A stretch of 49,500 nt of DNA from a virus. Taxonomy: Duplodnaviria; Caudoviricetes. Positions 45,225-49,500 of this stretch are shown piece by piece. Every line of letters starts with the position of its first letter. Position 1 is the first letter of the stretch. The position numbers and the translations under genes are program-made. Under the pieces are notes generated by a model. It saw only the letters and a list, made by a program, of their open reading frames with translations, searched no databases and was not told the origin of the DNA. The stretch is from IMG/VR virus record IMGVR_UViG_3300020042_002050, positions 1 to 49,500 of that record; one strand, 5' to 3'.

Positions 45225-47314
45225 ATACCGTTTGGTCTTGCAGAAATCATATTACCTTCACGGCCACCCACTTGACTGCCATCAGGCAACATATTCTTCG
45301 GGGCTGGGCCTTGTGTCATGCCGGGAGCGCCGCCTTGAGCAGCCCCTTGTAGCTCGCCCATCATGACATTTAACTGCTCTTGCAGTTGTGCGTTTTGCTG
45401 CTGCAAATTCTGCATAGCTGTCAAAGTTTGGCGATCAGGAACGATACGATTCACATTACCGGTCAAATTACGGGCCTGTTCACGCAGTAATTCAGCAGCG
45501 CCGTCCATACCAACGATCTGCTGAGCCACAGGGCTATTCAAAACGATCTGTAGGAACTCATTACGGCGCACTGCCTCGGCTTCCTTGATTACCAAGCTAG
45601 TAGCCCCCTTGGCAACAGCTTTAACGTCTCCAATGAGGTCTGGGTCTTTGCTGTAGCGCAGATTGTCTTGGTACAGGCGCTCAATAGACGGCACGATAAC
45701 AGCGCGGTCGATGTTGCTGATAACCTGTTTAATACCTTTGCCAGCGTTCGAGATCAGCATGGACAAGCCAGACGACGTACGGCCAGCGCCCGGAGAGCTT
45801 TCTCCGGTCATATACCGTGGAATCATGGTGTCTTCGTCTGCACGGGCAGAGAATTTCTCAAACACACCCATCAGTTCGTTGGCGTTAGTGCTAGGCTGAA
45901 AGAATGTCAGTGGTTGCGAGCCGTCGTTAAACTCAGAACTCTGGAACTGCCAAATCTTCCATGGGTACATCTCTGTAATATCTTCGCCCGGTGGAAGGCG
46001 TGACACATTGACGCTAACTTGCGGCCCAGAGCTAATACCCATGTTATTAGCCAAACTGCGAGCAGCGGCGTTAACCATGCTTTGAGAATCACGGCATAGG
46101 TCAGCTACACCTTTACCAGCGACAGCGCCGGGGACTTTCTCATACGAGGTCACATAGTATGGTTTGCGGCCTAGTTGGTCATAGTTCAACACAGCGCGGA
46201 TAACAGTAGAGCCTACGAGCCACACTTCACACGGGTAGTTGAGGTCTGGGTCAGGAATCTCTTTGGCCGACAGCCCCCAAGTCAACAGGTCTTTGCCCTG
46301 CACGCTGTCCCACATCTGTAGCGCGTCAATCAGGTCTGTCGTGAAAATAGTCTGCGTGGTGTCTTTTCCTTCGGCAACAGACTGAGCGCTGTCTGTCCAG
46401 AGCCACTCGTTTAAATTTCCAGACTCAAACGAATTAAGAACGGAACGAATAGCATCGTCGTTGTAGCCGGGGACACCGATCAACGCCTGTAGATCATCTC
46501 GCGTCATGCGATGGCGCTCTACGATAAAGCCCTCTTGAATATCTGAACACCACGGTGCCCAGTACAGCATGAAGGGGTCAACGCGCTCCCACTCATTGCG
46601 AATCTCTTCAGACGGAACTAACTCACCATTTTGCCAAGCCAAGGTCTTACGCTTGCGCTTAACCGGCCCTTTCATCACAGCGTACGGGAACGTCACAACG
46701 TCGTCCAAGAACGCGTTCAGGGCATCAGTCCAACCACCTTCAATAAGCTGGTCTTCCATCTTCAGTTCCATGCGGTCAACGCGGTCGTTGGCCTCTTCAC
46801 GCAGTTTGCGCATCGCTGCGTCTTTCATCTGCATGGCTGCGTCACGAAGCTGCACTGGGTCTGCTGGCCCCATACCCTGCTCCATCTGCGCCTGCAACTG
46901 CTGCTGCATACTCGCCATAAGTTCTTGTATCAACTCAGGTGGAAGTGTGGGTTCTGGCGTAGCCTCAAGACTCCACGGCCTATCAGAGCCAATACCGAGC
47001 AAGGTATCACGCAACCAGCTGGTAGCAGCGCGGCACTTTACCGAGGTCAGCTGGATGTAAATCTCAGAGCCGCCTTGTCTTTTAATCTCAGCGAGTTTGT
47101 CGGGGTCGTACTCACCATTGCGCTGACGCAAACACTGGAGCATGCGCTCCTCAATTGTTCGCTTAGCCTCACGGGCAGATTCCCAGCGCTTGCGAGCGTG
47201 AGCAGCTAAACCCTGAATGACAGGCGTGGCCTGCATATCAGAATTACGTTTCTGGGACTCTCGTTCCAGATCAGAACTACGAGCGACGGGGATAAGCGCG
47301 ATGCCTGTTGCCAT
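45221..47314 (-). CDS. Portal protein
   Basis: 697 aa after terL; LRQRNGEYDP, RVDPF..Y, RTSSGLSML; Gln-rich tail. Confidence 0.85.
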   Translation of the reverse strand: MATGIALIPVARSSDLERESQKRNSDMQATPVIQGLAAHARKRWESAREAKRTIEERMLQCLRQRNGEYDPDKLAEIKRQGGSEIYIQLTSVKCRAATSWLRDTLLGIGSDRPWSLEATPEPTLPPELIQELMASMQQQLQAQMEQGMGPADPVQLRDAAMQMKDAAMRKLREEANDRVDRMELKMEDQLIEGGWTDALNAFLDDVVTFPYAVMKGPVKRKRKTLAWQNGELVPSEEIRNEWERVDPFMLYWAPWCSDIQEGFIVERHRMTRDDLQALIGVPGYNDDAIRSVLNSFESGNLNEWLWTDSAQSVAEGKDTTQTIFTTDLIDALQMWDSVQGKDLLTWGLSAKEIPDPDLNYPCEVWLVGSTVIRAVLNYDQLGRKPYYVTSYEKVPGAVAGKGVADLCRDSQSMVNAAARSLANNMGISSGPQVSVNVSRLPPGEDITEMYPWKIWQFQSSEFNDGSQPLTFFQPSTNANELMGVFEKFSARADEDTMIPRYMTGESSPGAGRTSSGLSMLISNAGKGIKQVISNIDRAVIVPSIERLYQDNLRYSKDPDLIGDVKAVAKGATSLVIKEAEAVRRNEFLQIVLNSPVAQQIVGMDGAAELLREQARNLTGNVNRIVPDRQTLTAMQNLQQQNAQLQEQLNVMMGELQGAAQGGAPGMTQGPAPKNMLPDGSQVGGREGNMISARPNGI

Positions 47315-47341
47315 AGTGGCTCCAAGAATAAATTAAATTTG

Positions 47342-47369
47342 ATTGTACCCTTACAGGAGTGCTGGTCAA
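47342..47369 (-). promoter_or_regulatory. Sigma70-like promoter for portal gene
   Basis: TTGACC-16 bp-TACAAT; the -35 overlaps the terL stop codon. Confidence 0.6.
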
Positions 47370-48811
47370 GTATAGGCGTAGCTGGACTTCTTTATTTCCC
47401 GCTTTCCCTGCTGCAAGCCAAACCCTCGGATATTCATGTCGATCACCGCGCACCCATACTGATTGGCGTCGTGAACGTGTGACCACTCGTTCTTGTCCGG
47501 CTTGTCTTCCATCTCTCCACTCTTCTTTACCTTGTACCGATAACCCGATCTATACCCCTTGATGAGCATAGTGCAGCGCGGGTCGATGAGATACATGGCC
47601 TTGCCTTCTAGCTGCTGAGTGAGCAGGCGCTCGACTGCCGCGATGCGTTTGTCAGGGTCATTGGTCGGCGGCTTAACACATTTAAAGCCTGCGTTCTTAA
47701 GCGCGTCCACCAGCGTCATCTCGTTAAGCTGCTGCTTCATAAACCCCGCTGGGTCAGGCGCAACGACGAACTGATACCCTTGGTAACTATTGGCGATGTG
47801 TGGGTTGAGTTTCGTGGTAATAAAAGTCTCGATACCCATGTTTTCGCTGGTAATCTCACTAAGCACCAGTACCCGACCGCGCGGGTCTCGCTGCATAAAT
47901 ACAGCCGATGGTGTGCGCCCAAAGTCCAACCCGATCGTTATCGGATAGTCGGCGTTCTGTATCGGCTTTATATTTTCTTTGGCAACGTGAAAGTCCGAGG
48001 TAAACGTCTTGTCGTACACCGGCAACCCCGAGAGGCTCTTACCCCATTTACCGTGGATATACACGTCGACCCAGTCCTCGCCCTTGCCCTCCATCAAGTC
48101 CTCGTAGTAGTGCGACGGCAAGTGCTGCACCCAGTCGGCCTCCTCCGACATACCTGACGGCTGTATCGTGACATGCACTTTTTCTGGGTCTGCGTTGGTA
48201 AGGTACTGTTCCCAGTGTGAGTCAAGGTCTGGCGGATTCGTAGCCCCCCAGACTTTTTTCATCTGGTTACCCTCGTCGTCGACACATCCCTGTACGGGAT
48301 TACCCTTATCGTCAACCCCCCACTGAGTGCGGTGCGGCACCATCATCCCATTAGGGTATCTACCTAGTCGTCCAGTCAGCGCGTCGAACACGTCCGAGTT
48401 GATCTCCCGCACCTCGTCCACCATGGCAAAGGACAATTGCAGCGACAGGAGCCGCCGCACGTCGTTGGCATCATCCAGCCCCCGAAACAACACGTCACAC
48501 TCCACGTCGTCAAAGCGCAAAGTAAAGCGGAGTTCCGTGCGGTGGTAAATACCAGCCTGTCCCTCTGGGAAAAGCGCCAAGAAGTCTTTGATGGTCGAGT
48601 CCAGCAGCATCTGCCGCGTGTTCCGCACAACTGCACACCGAGACCTGCGAATACCATCTGCGCATTGTGCGACCTTGCGAGCTTCGATCGGTATTTTCAT
48701 GAGGGACGCAGTTGTCTTGGTGGAGCCCACCGGCCCTACGATGAAACTCTGAAATTTGTCGCTGAGAATATATGGCGTTACGCTAAGCACCGGAGTGTAG
48801 TTAACGCTCAT
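47366..48811 (-). CDS. terL: Terminase large subunit
   Basis: Walker A GPVGSTKT, Walker B VDEVRE, ATNPP, nuclease GLDFG.TP, DPAG, SHVHDA.QY. Confidence 0.93.
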   Translation of the reverse strand: MSVNYTPVLSVTPYILSDKFQSFIVGPVGSTKTTASLMKIPIEARKVAQCADGIRRSRCAVVRNTRQMLLDSTIKDFLALFPEGQAGIYHRTELRFTLRFDDVECDVLFRGLDDANDVRRLLSLQLSFAMVDEVREINSDVFDALTGRLGRYPNGMMVPHRTQWGVDDKGNPVQGCVDDEGNQMKKVWGATNPPDLDSHWEQYLTNADPEKVHVTIQPSGMSEEADWVQHLPSHYYEDLMEGKGEDWVDVYIHGKWGKSLSGLPVYDKTFTSDFHVAKENIKPIQNADYPITIGLDFGRTPSAVFMQRDPRGRVLVLSEITSENMGIETFITTKLNPHIANSYQGYQFVVAPDPAGFMKQQLNEMTLVDALKNAGFKCVKPPTNDPDKRIAAVERLLTQQLEGKAMYLIDPRCTMLIKGYRSGYRYKVKKSGEMEDKPDKNEWSHVHDANQYGCAVIDMNIRGFGLQQGKREIKKSSYAYT

Positions 48812-49353
48812 AGGTAGTCATCCCCTGCATACTCGTATTCGTCACCCTCTGTCAACAATATCGGCTCTTTTTGCACGACATCTGTAATTTCAAGGGTAGT
48901 TTGGGGGGTCTCTGCCTCCAAAACCAGTGTTTTTGATGCCGAATTGGGGGTGCTCGGCAGGTTAATAGTGATCGAAAAACCCGGCCCAGCAGTGGAAATT
49001 CCGTTGTTTTTTGGCTTCAGATCAGCCCAATCGACCAGATTTTCGATCATTTTGGCCCTTGTAGCGGCTGGAACGTCGGGGTCTTTAGCCATGTGATACG
49101 CAGTGGGGAGTAAATCCTCTGCCAATACCCTGCTTTTCGCGGCAAAAGAGAACCCGTTCTCCTTTAGCTCGGTCGTGTACGCGTCCAAGTAGCGTACGTA
49201 CTGGGGATTTGCTGCTATTTGATCGTATTCTGGTTGCGTGAGTCCCTCTCCTGCAACAACACTGTAGATTGGCAGCTTGGCCCCTACATTGTTTCGCGCT
49301 ATGGATAAAGCAAGTTCACGCAGCAGCTGATCTGAATTGATTGAGCTATGCAT
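48808..49353 (-). CDS. terS: Putative terminase small subunit
   Basis: Directly upstream of terL with ATGA overlap; helical, with GFSITINL beta-strand. Confidence 0.6.
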   Translation of the reverse strand: MHSSINSDQLLRELALSIARNNVGAKLPIYSVVAGEGLTQPEYDQIAANPQYVRYLDAYTTELKENGFSFAAKSRVLAEDLLPTAYHMAKDPDVPAATRAKMIENLVDWADLKPKNNGISTAGPGFSITINLPSTPNSASKTLVLEAETPQTTLEITDVVQKEPILLTEGDEYEYAGDDYL

Positions 49354-49359
49354 TTGCCG

Positions 49360-49388
49360 AATGTACCACAGGAAAAAAATTTTGGGAA
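49360..49388 (-). promoter_or_regulatory. Extended -10 promoter for terS (leaderless candidate)
   Basis: TTCCCA-17 bp-TACATT with TG extension, 6 nt before ATG. Confidence 0.45.
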
Positions 49389-49401
49389 TGCTTTTATGGG
49401 G

Positions 49402-49500
49402 GCGGGAAATAAAGAAGTCCAGCTACGCCTATACTTGACCAGCACTCCTGTAAGGGTACAATCAAATTTAATTTATTCTTGGAGCCACTATGGCAACAGG
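49402..49500 (+). repeat. Perfect 99-bp inverted copy of 47304-47402
   Basis: GCGGGAAATAAAGAAGTCC...CACTATGGCAACAGG is the exact reverse complement of the terL end/portal start. Confidence 0.95.

Noticed and set aside
1-49500. tRNA/rRNA genes, integrase, att sites, IS elements, introns or inteins
   Set aside because: None recognised by eye. Intergenic gaps are short, and PolA, TerL and helicase are of normal length. tRNAscan and HMM searches were not run.

Overview
The window is tailed-phage (Caudoviricetes) DNA with no host genes. About 7.3-49.4 kb is a nearly complete podovirus-like genome. Its + strand replication arm carries DUF3310-like, family A DNA polymerase (Leu at the 762 position), Cas4-like exonuclease, VRR-NUC, SNF2 helicase, SSB-like, primase/DUF927 helicase and two HNH genes. 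It converges at about 17.42 kb on a - strand morphogenesis arm: terS, terL, portal, scaffold, capsid, adaptors, several fibre/chaperone pairs, holin, GH19 endolysin, nozzle, GNAT, pilot/ejection proteins and a 2240-aa polyvalent protein with zincin and ADP-ribosyltransferase-like domains. The first ~3.4 kb is a lambdoid-style module (DUF1376/YdaU-like initiator and Cro leftward; ERF, YqaJ exonuclease and SSB-like rightward). It is followed by a dense array of small accessory ORFs. Two replication strategies on one contig suggest a mosaic or an assembly chimera. Notable details are a three-way-junction/pseudoknot RNA over the initiator RBS, a loop-E-type RNA after the SSB gene, tandem beta-clamp-like motifs in the giant protein, a doubly frameshifted fibre gene, a microhomology-truncated gene remnant and a perfect 99-bp inverted copy at the window end. 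Family names come from recognising motifs by eye; no database searches were run.
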